A stretch of 32,518 nt of DNA from contig JBKPCZ010000027.1 in NCBI GenBank assembly GCA_046727665.1, positions 1 through 32,518 of the forward strand. Direction: 5' to 3'. Shown piece after piece: positions 8,250-15,050 of the stretch (its first letter is position 1; each line of letters begins with the position of its first letter). A model generated the notes under the pieces. It saw only the letters and a list, made by a program, of their open reading frames with translations, had not been told where the DNA came from and ran no database searches. A program made the position numbers and the translations under genes. This DNA comes from Chloroflexota bacterium. Lineage in GTDB: Bacteria; Chloroflexota; Limnocylindria; P2-11E.

Positions 8250-8922
8250 CGCGGCGAAGTATGGCGTTGGAGCGGCCCGCGAGGGCGAAGACCGTGTCGC
8301 GCAGATCGGCCCACGTGCCGACGACGTGGTCCGCGCCATCGAGCCGACCGCGAGCGAAGCCCCACAGCACCTGGATCGTGCGCGCGCCGGCCGCCTTCCC
8401 CATCGCGATGTCGGCATTCGCGTCGCCGACCACGACGCACTCCGCCGGCGCGCAATTCAGCCGCGCCATCGCATGCTGCGCGAGGTCCGGAGCGGGCTTG
8501 TGGCGCGACACCGAGTCGCCGCCGAGGTACACGTCGATCTCGTCCGCGATGCCAAGGCCGCGCAGGATGCGTTCGCAGTCCGCGGCCCGCTTGCCGGTGA
8601 CGGTCGCCTGCAGCAGACCCGCCTCGTGGAAGGCGTGCAGCGTCTCGCGCGCGCCGTCGTAGAGCCGGGTCGCGGGGATCATCTCGCGGTCGTAGATGTC
8701 GCGGTACTCGGTGCGATACCGCTGCGCGTCGTCGGGGGTGAGATCCGGCCACGCCATGCGGAAGATCTCTTCGAGTGGCAGTCCCGTCATCGCGCCGACG
8801 CTCTCGAACGCGAGCGGCGATCCACCGTGCGCCTCGATGACGCGATTCGCCGTATCGACGACGAAACGCACGCTGTCCGTCAGCGTGCCGTCGAGATCCC
8901 ACAGCACGGCGCGGAGCGTCAC
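8230..8922 (-). CDS. HAD-IA family hydrolase (phosphatase)
   Basis: 230 aa, GTG start 8922. HAD motif I is [11 protein letters not shown], motif II VTGK, and motif [18 protein letters not shown]. The substrate is not inferable. It overlaps the dcd start by 20 nt. Confidence 0.8.
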   Translation of the reverse strand: MTLRAVLWDLDGTLTDSVRFVVDTANRVIEAHGGSPLAFESVGAMTGLPLEEIFRMAWPDLTPDDAQRYRTEYRDIYDREMIPATRLYDGARETLHAFHEAGLLQATVTGKRAADCERILRGLGIADEIDVYLGGDSVSRHKPAPDLAQHAMARLNCAPAECVVVGDANADIAMGKAAGARTIQVLWGFARGRLDGADHVVGTWADLRDTVFALAGRSNAILRRGGALGS

Positions 8923-8941
8923 GATGCAGCGGCCGACATAT

Positions 8942-8995
8942 GCGCCGCGGGTCCTGCCCCGGCTCGGGGTTCTCGACTCGCCGTGTCACCCGCGG
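8942..8995 (-). repeat. Structured GC-rich intergenic repeat, short form (copy C), inverted relative to copy A
   Basis: The reverse complement of 8942..8995 is ccgcgggtgacacggcgagtcg + agaaccccgagccggggcaggacccgcggcgc. This equals 16163..16184 joined to 16266..16297, with 2 mismatches in 54 nt. It lies in the nrdR-HAD spacer. The ends CCGCGGG/CCCGCGG can pair. Confidence 0.8.
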
Positions 8996-9019
8996 TGCTG
9001 TGGTCCGTGCGCGTGATCG

Positions 9020-9559
9020 TCAGCGGCGTCGACGCCGACCAGCGACCGCGACGGCAGGTTCGATCGGCAGCACGGTCTGCTCGGCGAAACGGCGATCGCG
9101 TGCTTCCTGCCGGCGACGAACGAGCGTCTCGAGCTCGTCGTACAGCGCGTCCGGATCCTGAAGGCCCGCGTAGACGATCTTGAACCGCAGATAGCTCATT
9201 GGATCGGACTCCGCGAGGCGCTCGAGCACCATCTCGCCGATCCGCTGCGACCCGACCTCGGACGTGCCGCTCTGCCGGATCGTCGTCTCCAGGTCATCGA
9301 TGAGCCGATCGATCGCGTCGGGTGCGAGCTGCTTCGAGGCCGCCTTGCCGATGGCGCTCGCGAGCTTGCGGCGGTCGAACTCCTGGCGCGAGCCGTCGCG
9401 CTTGACGACCTGGATGCGCGCGGACTCAGAACGCTCGCGGGTCGTGAATCGCTCACCACACGAGTCGCAGGCTCGGCGGCGACGGATCGAATCGCCGTCC
9501 TCCGCCTCGCGCGAGTCGACGACGCGGGTCTCCTGGTGACCGCAGGAAGGGCAGCGCAC
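9020..9559 (-). CDS. nrdR: Transcriptional repressor NrdR
   Basis: ORF 9020..9589 trimmed to GTG 9559, giving (M)RCPSCGHQETRVVDSREAEDGDSIRRRRACDSCGERFTTRER (Zn ribbon). An ATP-cone follows (VVKRDGSRQEFDRRKL...YLRFKIVY). There is a longer-than-usual basic C-terminal tail. Confidence 0.9.
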   Translation of the reverse strand: MRCPSCGHQETRVVDSREAEDGDSIRRRRACDSCGERFTTRERSESARIQVVKRDGSRQEFDRRKLASAIGKAASKQLAPDAIDRLIDDLETTIRQSGTSEVGSQRIGEMVLERLAESDPMSYLRFKIVYAGLQDPDALYDELETLVRRRQEARDRRFAEQTVLPIEPAVAVAGRRRRR

Positions 9560-9561
9560 AT

Positions 9562-9599
9562 ACACAAGATATGGGTTCGGGAGCCACAAAATCTAGTAC
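9562..9599 (-). promoter_or_regulatory. Two candidate NrdR-box-like palindromes immediately upstream of nrdR
   Basis: Minus strand: GTACTAGATTTTGTGG (9599..9584) and AACCCATATCTTGTGT (9577..9562). By hand they match the consensus acaCwAtATaTwGtgt at 11/16 and 12/16 positions. They start 22 nt apart. This is the most AT-rich stretch of the region. TATCTT (9571..9566) lies 6 nt before the GTG start. Confidence 0.4.
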
Positions 9600-9612
9600 C
9601 GAGCAACGCGAA

Positions 9613-9652
9613 GGCCCCGGCGGTGACGTCGGAGAGTCACACGACCGGGGCC
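9613..9652 (-). other. Stem-loop downstream of the small ORF (possible weak terminator)
   Basis: GGCCCCGG (9613..9620) pairs with CCGGGGCC (9645..9652). An inner GTGAC/GTCAC pairing is also present. On the minus strand TTCGCGTT follows, which is not a clean U-tract. Confidence 0.3.
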
Positions 9653-9683
9653 CGCCGCGGGATCGATGCGCCTGAAGGATCGG

Positions 9684-9764
9684 CTAGCGGCCGACCCCAA
9701 GCAGGAACAAAAGGATGATCAGCAGAAGCGGCGCGCCAAGAAGCCACAACAGGATGAGGACCAT
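9684..9764 (-). CDS. Unannotated 26-aa hydrophobic small membrane peptide
   Basis: Hand translation gives ATG..TAG = MVLILLWLLGAPLLLIILLFLLGVGR. The minus strand reads TGAAAAGGAGGTGAGCAGATG. That is the stop of the upstream gene, a near-perfect SD (AAGGAGGTGA, 7-nt spacing from GGAGG), then ATG. It is too short for the ORF track. Confidence 0.6.
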   Translation of the reverse strand: MVLILLWLLGAPLLLIILLFLLGVGR

Positions 9765-9779
9765 CTGCTCACCTCCTTT

Positions 9780-10400
9780 TCAGATCCGCGTCGTTCGGTC
9801 GGTGCGCGGAGGCGCGAGCGGCTCGACCCGCACGCGGTAGTTGCCGACGGTCATCGGCTCGCCACTCGCCACCCAGGCGCCGATCACCGAGCCCATCAGG
9901 CCCATGAGCAGCGCCGCGGCCGCCGCGAGCGCACCGTTGCGCACCGCGATGGCTAGGTTCGGATCGACCGGCTGGCCGGGGACCGCCGGCACGGCCGGTG
10001 TTGGCGCGAGGCTGGTGTACCAACCGTTGAATATCGCGCCGGAGAGACCGGCGATGATGACCATCGCGAACACGGCGACGACCCAGGTGATCGCGCCGTG
10101 GAGGATCGCCGGTTCCGCGCGACGGATGCCCGCGACGCGAACGGCCGCCCATGCGCCGATGACGAACGCGAAGAACGACGCGATCACCGCGAAGACGAGC
10201 CCCGCGAATCCGACGCCGCTCCAGCTGGTGATGCGCCCTTCCGCTCCGGACTTGTGCGCACCGATCGCGGTGCCGATGAGACCGAAGAGCACTGTGGCGA
10301 CGACCGCGGCCATGGCGCCGAGGATGACCGGACCCCAGTACACGGGCCAGGCGGTCCAGCGGTCGACCGGTGCCGCGACGTCGCGATCTGTCCGTACCAA
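9780..10400 (-). CDS. Hypothetical integral membrane protein (about 4 TM helices, Gly/Ala-rich)
   Basis: 206-aa ORF. Hydrophobic helices: VILGAMAAVVATVLFGLIGTAIG, GFAGLVFAVIASFFAFVIGAWAAV, ILHGAITWVVAVFAMVIIAGL, ALAAAAALLMGLMGSVIGAWVA. I recognise no family. The TTG start at 10400 lies in the T-tract of the ftsZ terminator. Alternative in-frame starts are GTG 10343 and ATG 10313. Confidence 0.55.
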   Translation of the reverse strand: MVRTDRDVAAPVDRWTAWPVYWGPVILGAMAAVVATVLFGLIGTAIGAHKSGAEGRITSWSGVGFAGLVFAVIASFFAFVIGAWAAVRVAGIRRAEPAILHGAITWVVAVFAMVIIAGLSGAIFNGWYTSLAPTPAVPAVPGQPVDPNLAIAVRNGALAAAAALLMGLMGSVIGAWVASGEPMTVGNYRVRVEPLAPPRTDRTTRI

Positions 10401-10440
10401 AACAACACCCCCGCTGCGTGGTTCTGACGCAGCGGGGGTG
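10397..10440 (-). terminator. Intrinsic terminator-like hairpin downstream of ftsZ
   Basis: Perfect 14-bp GC-rich stem (10406..10419 cacccccgctgcgt / 10427..10440 acgcagcgggggtg) with a 7-nt loop. On the minus strand TTGTTTTGG follows directly. Confidence 0.55.
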
Positions 10441-10487
10441 CAGAGGTCATGCCAAGGTGCCTGCCCTAGGACGAGCCCGGAGCTCGG

Positions 10488-11612
10488 TCAGCGACGTCGC
10501 AGGAAGCTCGGGACCTCGAGGTCATTCGGGTCGAATTTCTTTTCCTCATGAGCTTTCGTCACTGCGGCCGCCGGCGGCGCGACGGCCGGAGTAGGGCGCT
10601 CGGCCGGACGCTGCTCGACCTGCCGCTTGTACATCGGCTGGTCGATGCGGCGTAGCGGACGCGACTGATCGAACCCTGTCGCGATGACGCTGATCTTCAC
10701 GTCCTGACCCATACGGTCGTCGATGACCGCGCCGAAGATGATGTTCGCCTCCGGATCCGCGGCGGCGTGAATGATCTCAGCGGCTTCGTTGACCTCGAAC
10801 AGCGCGAGGTCCGGGCCGCCCGTGATCGTGAACAGCACGCCGCGCGCGCCGTCGATCGACTGCTCGAGGAGCGGCGACATGATCGCCTGACGCGCGGCAT
10901 CCGCCGCACGCGTCTCGCCGCTGCCGTGGCCGATGCCCATGAGCGCCGAGCCCGCGTTGGTCATGATCGTCTTCACGTCGGCGAAGTCGAGGTTGATGAG
11001 GCCGGGCACGGTGATGAGATCGCTGATGCCCTGGACGCCCTGACGGAGCACGTCGTCGACGATGCGGAACGCGTCGACCATGCTCGTGCGCTTCTCGACG
11101 ACCTGCAGCAGACGGTCGTTCGGGATCGTGATGAGCGTGTCGACCTTGTCCACGAGATCGGCGATCCCCTGCTCCGCGAGCAGGCGGCGCTTCGCGCCTT
11201 CGAAGGCGAACGGCTTCGTGACGACCGCGACCGTGAGCGCGCCGATGTCCTTCGCGATCTCGGCGATCACCGGAGCGCCGCCGGTCCCCGTCCCGCCACC
11301 CATGCCGGCGGTGACGAAGATCATGTCGGCTTCCTTGAGGGCTTCGTAGAGCTTCTCGCTGTCGTCCTCGGCGGACTTGCGACCAATACTGGGATCGGCA
11401 CCCGCGCCAAGGCCCTTTGTGACCTTGTCGCCGATGCGGATCTTGTGCGGTGCGTCGGACAGGAGCAGCGCCTGAGCGTCGGTGTTCACTGCGATGAACT
11501 CGACGCCCATCAGCTCCGCGCGGATCATGCGGTTGACGGCGTTCGATCCGCCGCCGCCGACACCGACGACCTTTATGAGAGCGAAATTCTCGATATCGCT
11601 CCGGAGGGGCAT
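10488..11612 (-). CDS. ftsZ: Cell division protein FtsZ
   Basis: 374 aa. [15 protein letters not shown] and the tubulin signature [17 protein letters not shown] are present. The C-terminal peptide is [14 protein letters not shown] 11612 is preceded by GGAGG at 6-nt spacing. Confidence 0.97.
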   Translation of the reverse strand: MPLRSDIENFALIKVVGVGGGGSNAVNRMIRAELMGVEFIAVNTDAQALLLSDAPHKIRIGDKVTKGLGAGADPSIGRKSAEDDSEKLYEALKEADMIFVTAGMGGGTGTGGAPVIAEIAKDIGALTVAVVTKPFAFEGAKRRLLAEQGIADLVDKVDTLITIPNDRLLQVVEKRTSMVDAFRIVDDVLRQGVQGISDLITVPGLINLDFADVKTIMTNAGSALMGIGHGSGETRAADAARQAIMSPLLEQSIDGARGVLFTITGGPDLALFEVNEAAEIIHAAADPEANIIFGAVIDDRMGQDVKISVIATGFDQSRPLRRIDQPMYKRQVEQRPAERPTPAVAPPAAAVTKAHEEKKFDPNDLEVPSFLRRR

Positions 11613-11741
11613 GGGCAGCCTCCAAACCTCAGTCCATGCCGCTGCCCCTCCCCTGACGGCCGCCGCACGGAGTTCTTCTGTTGTTGCGGGAACTGTATAC
11701 CCATCGGTCGAGAACGGCGAGAAGGAACATAGACTCCGGCG

Positions 11742-12542
11742 ATGCCTGACGCGTACATCATGCGCGAGAACAGGTCGTTCGAGGCGCAGCTCGAAGAGCG
11801 ATCCGCCCGGCTCAACGCGGCGTTCCTCCTGCCGCAGCTCCGCCCGGGCATGCGCGTCCTCGATGTCGGGTGCGGACCGGGGACGATCACGCTCGGGCTG
11901 GCGGAGGCTGTGGCCCCGGGCGAAGTCATCGGGGTCGACCTGCAGGAGGGGCTAGTCGAGCGAGCGCGGGGGCTGGCCGCCCAGCGCGGTGTCTCCAACG
12001 TCCGGTTTGAACGCGCCGACGCGTACGAGCTGCCCTTCCCCGACGGCTCGTTCGACGCCGCGCTCGCGCACCGTGTGGTCATGCACCTTGCCGACCCCGT
12101 CCGCGGCCTCCGCGAGGTCCGGCGCGTGCTGCGGCGCGCTGGCGTGCTCGGGCTGTGCGACGTCGACGTCGCGACGACCGTACGCTGGCCGACGACACCG
12201 GAGTTCGAGCAGTTCCTCGAGCTGCGGATGCGCGCTTTTCATCTCCAGGGAACGGACGGCCGCATCGGCCGAAAGCACCGGCAGCTGGTGCTCGAAGCCG
12301 GGTTCGACCGGACCGAGACACGTACGGTGACCGAAGGCGGAGGCTCCCCGGACACGACGCATCAGTACGCGCGGTTCCTGCTTGCGACGCTCGACGGGAT
12401 CGGTCGCATAGCCCTGGAGCGGGGCTGGCTCGATCAGGTCGGGCTCGACGCGATCGTGACGGACATCAAGCACTGGGCCGAGCGGCCGGACGCTGTGGCG
12501 TTCGTGGTCAGCTGCGAGACGGTCGGCTGGGTCAGTGCGTAA
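11742..12542 (+). CDS. Class I SAM-dependent methyltransferase (Methyltransf_11/25-like)
   Basis: 266 aa and the only plus-strand gene. Motif I is [17 protein letters not shown]. An acidic loop VIGVDL follows, then [13 protein letters not shown] and LRRAGVLGL. The substrate is unknown. Confidence 0.8.
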   Translation: MPDAYIMRENRSFEAQLEERSARLNAAFLLPQLRPGMRVLDVGCGPGTITLGLAEAVAPGEVIGVDLQEGLVERARGLAAQRGVSNVRFERADAYELPFPDGSFDAALAHRVVMHLADPVRGLREVRRVLRRAGVLGLCDVDVATTVRWPTTPEFEQFLELRMRAFHLQGTDGRIGRKHRQLVLEAGFDRTETRTVTEGGGSPDTTHQYARFLLATLDGIGRIALERGWLDQVGLDAIVTDIKHWAERPDAVAFVVSCETVGWVSA

Positions 12543-12569
12543 GCACGCCGAAGGGTCGCGCGTCGTAGC

Positions 12570-13805
12570 TCACGGCATAAGGCCGCGAAAGATCCTTGCG
12601 AGGCGGCCGCCCATCCCCTCGAGTGCGCGCCCACCCTCGCGCTGGCCCTCGGCGGACCAGTTCTTCGCGCCCCAGACGAGCAGCCCGGACGACGCCGCGT
12701 ACGGCGGCGCGGTGATCGCATCGGTCAGGCCGCCCAGGCCCTTGGGCTCCATGACGCGCGCGCTCATGCCGAGCTGATCGCGGGCGGCCCGTGCCGCCCC
12801 GGTCAGGAGCGAGCCGCCGCCGGTGAGCACGATGCCGGCCTGCAGCCGGTTCGTCGCCCCGGCCGCCTCGATCTCCTTTGCCACGTGGTCGAAGAGCTCG
12901 GCCGTCCGTGCCTCGATGATCTGGGCCATGTGCCGGCGCGTGATCGGGCGCGGCACCTCCTCGCCGATGGAGGTGATCTGCATGACCTCGTCGGGGTCTA
13001 CCTCGAGCGGCAGGGCGGTCCCCTGCTTCACCTTCAGCGTCTCGGCCACGTCCGGCGTCACTCGAAGGAGGAGCCCGAGGTCGCTGGTGACGCTCCGCCC
13101 GCCCATCTGGATGGTCGCGCAGTGGCAGATCGAGCCGTCCTGGAAGATGGCGACGTCCGTCGTGTCCCCGCCGATGTCGCAGAGGACCACGCCGAGCTCG
13201 CGGTCCTCGTCGCTGAGCACGACCTCGGCCGTGGCGAGCGGCGTGAGGACCAGCTCGTCGATCTCGACGCCGGCCTTCTGGACGCACTTGGTGAGGTTCG
13301 TGACGCTCGAGGACGACGCGGTGACGATGTGCGCCTCGACCTCGAGCCGGACGGCGCTCATGCCGATGGGATCGCGAACGCCTTCCTGCCCGTCGACGAC
13401 GTAGCCGCGCGGGATGACGTGGAGGATCTCGCGGGTGTTGGGGATGGAGACCGCGCGGGCGGCCTCGATGGCCCGCACCGTGTCCTCGCGCGTCACGTCG
13501 TGTTGCCGGCCCGAGACGGCCACCATCCCGCGCGAGTTCTGGGACCCGACGTGGCTGCCCGAGATTCCGACGAACGCCGAGCGGACCTTCAGGCCGGAGA
13601 GGCGCTCGGCCGCGTCGACGGCGGCGGCCACCGACTGCACGGTGCGGTCGATGTCGATGACGACGCCCTTCCGGAGACCGTCGGAGGGCGCCTGCCCGAT
13701 GCCGATGACGTCGACACCACCGCTGCGGCCGCCCACCTCACCGATGAGCACGCAGACCTTCGTGGTGCCGATGTCGATCGCGACGAGCACGGTCTGGTCA
13801 GTCAC
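12570..13805 (-). CDS. ftsA: Cell division protein FtsA
   Basis: 411 aa. Actin-fold phosphate-1 motif VAIDIGTTKVCVLIGE; also CDIGGDTTDVAIF and LTGGGSLL. The C-terminal amphipathic helix is GRLARIFRGL. GTG start 13805, with AAGGAAGG upstream. Confidence 0.95.
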   Translation of the reverse strand: MTDQTVLVAIDIGTTKVCVLIGEVGGRSGGVDVIGIGQAPSDGLRKGVVIDIDRTVQSVAAAVDAAERLSGLKVRSAFVGISGSHVGSQNSRGMVAVSGRQHDVTREDTVRAIEAARAVSIPNTREILHVIPRGYVVDGQEGVRDPIGMSAVRLEVEAHIVTASSSSVTNLTKCVQKAGVEIDELVLTPLATAEVVLSDEDRELGVVLCDIGGDTTDVAIFQDGSICHCATIQMGGRSVTSDLGLLLRVTPDVAETLKVKQGTALPLEVDPDEVMQITSIGEEVPRPITRRHMAQIIEARTAELFDHVAKEIEAAGATNRLQAGIVLTGGGSLLTGAARAARDQLGMSARVMEPKGLGGLTDAITAPPYAASSGLLVWGAKNWSAEGQREGGRALEGMGGRLARIFRGLMP

Positions 13806-13877
13806 GGGCGTCCGCCTTCCTTGACTCTCCTTCTGCTCCCCACCTGCGTCCGCGCGACCGCCCGCCTGGGACCGAGA

Positions 13878-14201
13878 CTAAAGGAAATGCCGCCTGATGA
13901 CAGCGACGTTCTGGAAGATGCGCCAGCCGAACGCGAACAGGGCGACCAGATAGAGGTCGATCCCCAGCCTGTCTCCCAGGAACGTGAGCCCGGCCGCCAG
14001 CAGGGCATTCGTATAGAAGCCCGACAGGAAGATCCGGGTGTCGAAGTGGCCCTCGAGCTCCGCGCGAAAGGCGCCCAGGAGCGAGTCCAGCGCGGCGAGG
14101 ATGCCCACGGCGGTGTAGCGCGCCCACTCGATCGGTAGGTTGAAGCGAAGCGCGAGACCGAGCAGCACCCCGGCGACCAGACCGAGGAGCGGAAGCCACA
14201 C
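13878..14201 (-). CDS. sbp: Small basic protein Sbp (DUF1290)
   Basis: 107 aa. MWLPLLGLVAGVLLGLALRFNLPIEWARYTAVGILAALDSLLGAFRAELEGHFDTRIFLSGFYTNALLAAGLTFLGDRLGIDLYLVALFAFGWRIFQNVAVIRR matches my recollection of DUF1290. That family sits between divIB and ftsA in Bacillus. Confidence 0.75.
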   Translation of the reverse strand: MWLPLLGLVAGVLLGLALRFNLPIEWARYTAVGILAALDSLLGAFRAELEGHFDTRIFLSGFYTNALLAAGLTFLGDRLGIDLYLVALFAFGWRIFQNVAVIRRHFL

Positions 14202-14217
14202 GCTAGCGAGGACGAGA

Positions 14218-14239
14218 CCGCGAGCCCGGAGGCTCGCGG
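14218..14239 (-). other. Stem-loop in the ftsQ-sbp spacer
   Basis: ccgcgagcc (14218..14226) pairs with ggctcgcgg (14231..14239): a 9-bp stem with a 4-nt loop (cgga). Function is unknown. There is no U-tract on the minus strand. Confidence 0.4.
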
Positions 14240-14276
14240 GTGAGGACGAGCGACGCGAGTACGAAGTACAGAATGG

Positions 14277-15050
14277 TTAATTCGGGCTGAAGACGATGCG
14301 ATCGGCGCTGCGCACGTCGACGTAGTCTAAGCGCCGCGTCGGGTTGTCCCTGAGGAACCTCTTCGCGAGCAAGAGCTTCTCGTCGAAGTGCTCCGCACTG
14401 CCGAAGCGGATCTCCCACTTCGCACCGGTCCGCAGCACCAGTCCGTTGGCGCCCGCGGTCATGACGACGCGCAGATCGGTGGCGTCGGCGCGCAGCTCGC
14501 CGGGGGCGAGCGCCGCGAGCCGGAGCGCGGCCTCGACGAGCGCGGGGGGATCGATGCGCTCGCCTGCACTCCGCGGCGCGCGCTCGTCGAACACCCGCAG
14601 CCCGGGTGCGCCGGTCCGGTCGATCGACGGGAAGAGCACGCCGCTCGCGTCGATGAACCACTCGACGTTGTCGCTCGCGACCCAGCGGCCGACCGCCTCG
14701 CGCTCAACGAGCGTGATGCGCGCCATCGACGGGAGCACGACCTCCACCCGCGCGTCCCGGACGGCGGGCAGCGTGCGCAGCCGTGCACGCGCATCGGCCG
14801 CGCTGGCCAGGAACGTCGGCACCCCGTCGAGCCCGCTCTGCGAGCGCGCGGCGTCGCGCGAGACGTGCCTCGCGCCCACCACGACGACCTCGTCGAGACG
14901 CGCGAGGTCCGCAAGACCGACGACGAGCAGCGCCGCCGCGCACGCGATCGCGATCACCGCGGCGGCGGCGCGCGCTGGATCCTTGACGCGGAACGCGGGC
15001 CGGCGGCGGCGGGAGCTGCTGCGGCTCGAGCGGCGCGAGCGGGTGCTCAG
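14277..15050 (-). CDS. ftsQ: Cell division protein FtsQ (POTRA + FtsQ domains); start codon uncertain
   Basis: ORF 14277..15212. It has a basic tail STRSRRSSRSSSRRRRPAFRV, a TM helix AAAAVIAIACAAALLVVGL, then POTRA (VVVVGARHVSRDAARSQSGL...) and the FtsQ domain. The only canonical in-frame starts are GTG 15212 (a 166-nt overlap with ddl) and GTG 14957 (inside the TM helix). An in-frame CTG at 15050 forms a CTGA junction with the ddl stop, and I use it here. Confidence 0.8.
   Translation of the reverse strand: MSTRSRRSSRSSSRRRRPAFRVKDPARAAAAVIAIACAAALLVVGLADLARLDEVVVVGARHVSRDAARSQSGLDGVPTFLASAADARARLRTLPAVRDARVEVVLPSMARITLVEREAVGRWVASDNVEWFIDASGVLFPSIDRTGAPGLRVFDERAPRSAGERIDPPALVEAALRLAALAPGELRADATDLRVVMTAGANGLVLRTGAKWEIRFGSAEHFDEKLLLAKRFLRDNPTRRLDYVDVRSADRIVFSPN

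Noticed and set aside
11613-11741. Specific -35/-10 assignments for the divergent ftsZ and methyltransferase promoters around the GTATAC palindrome.
   Set aside because: The hexamer matches are poor (no convincing -35, a -10 of at best 4/6) and several alternatives are equally good. This is mentioned only as a hypothesis in the methyltransferase finding.
14215-14262. Possible fourth, degenerate relative of the structured repeat in the ftsQ-sbp spacer (cgcgggtga ... gcgagt).
   Set aside because: Only about 9 + 6 nt are shared, in a GC-rich context. That is too weak to call a copy without a statistical search. The local 9-bp hairpin is reported as a feature instead.
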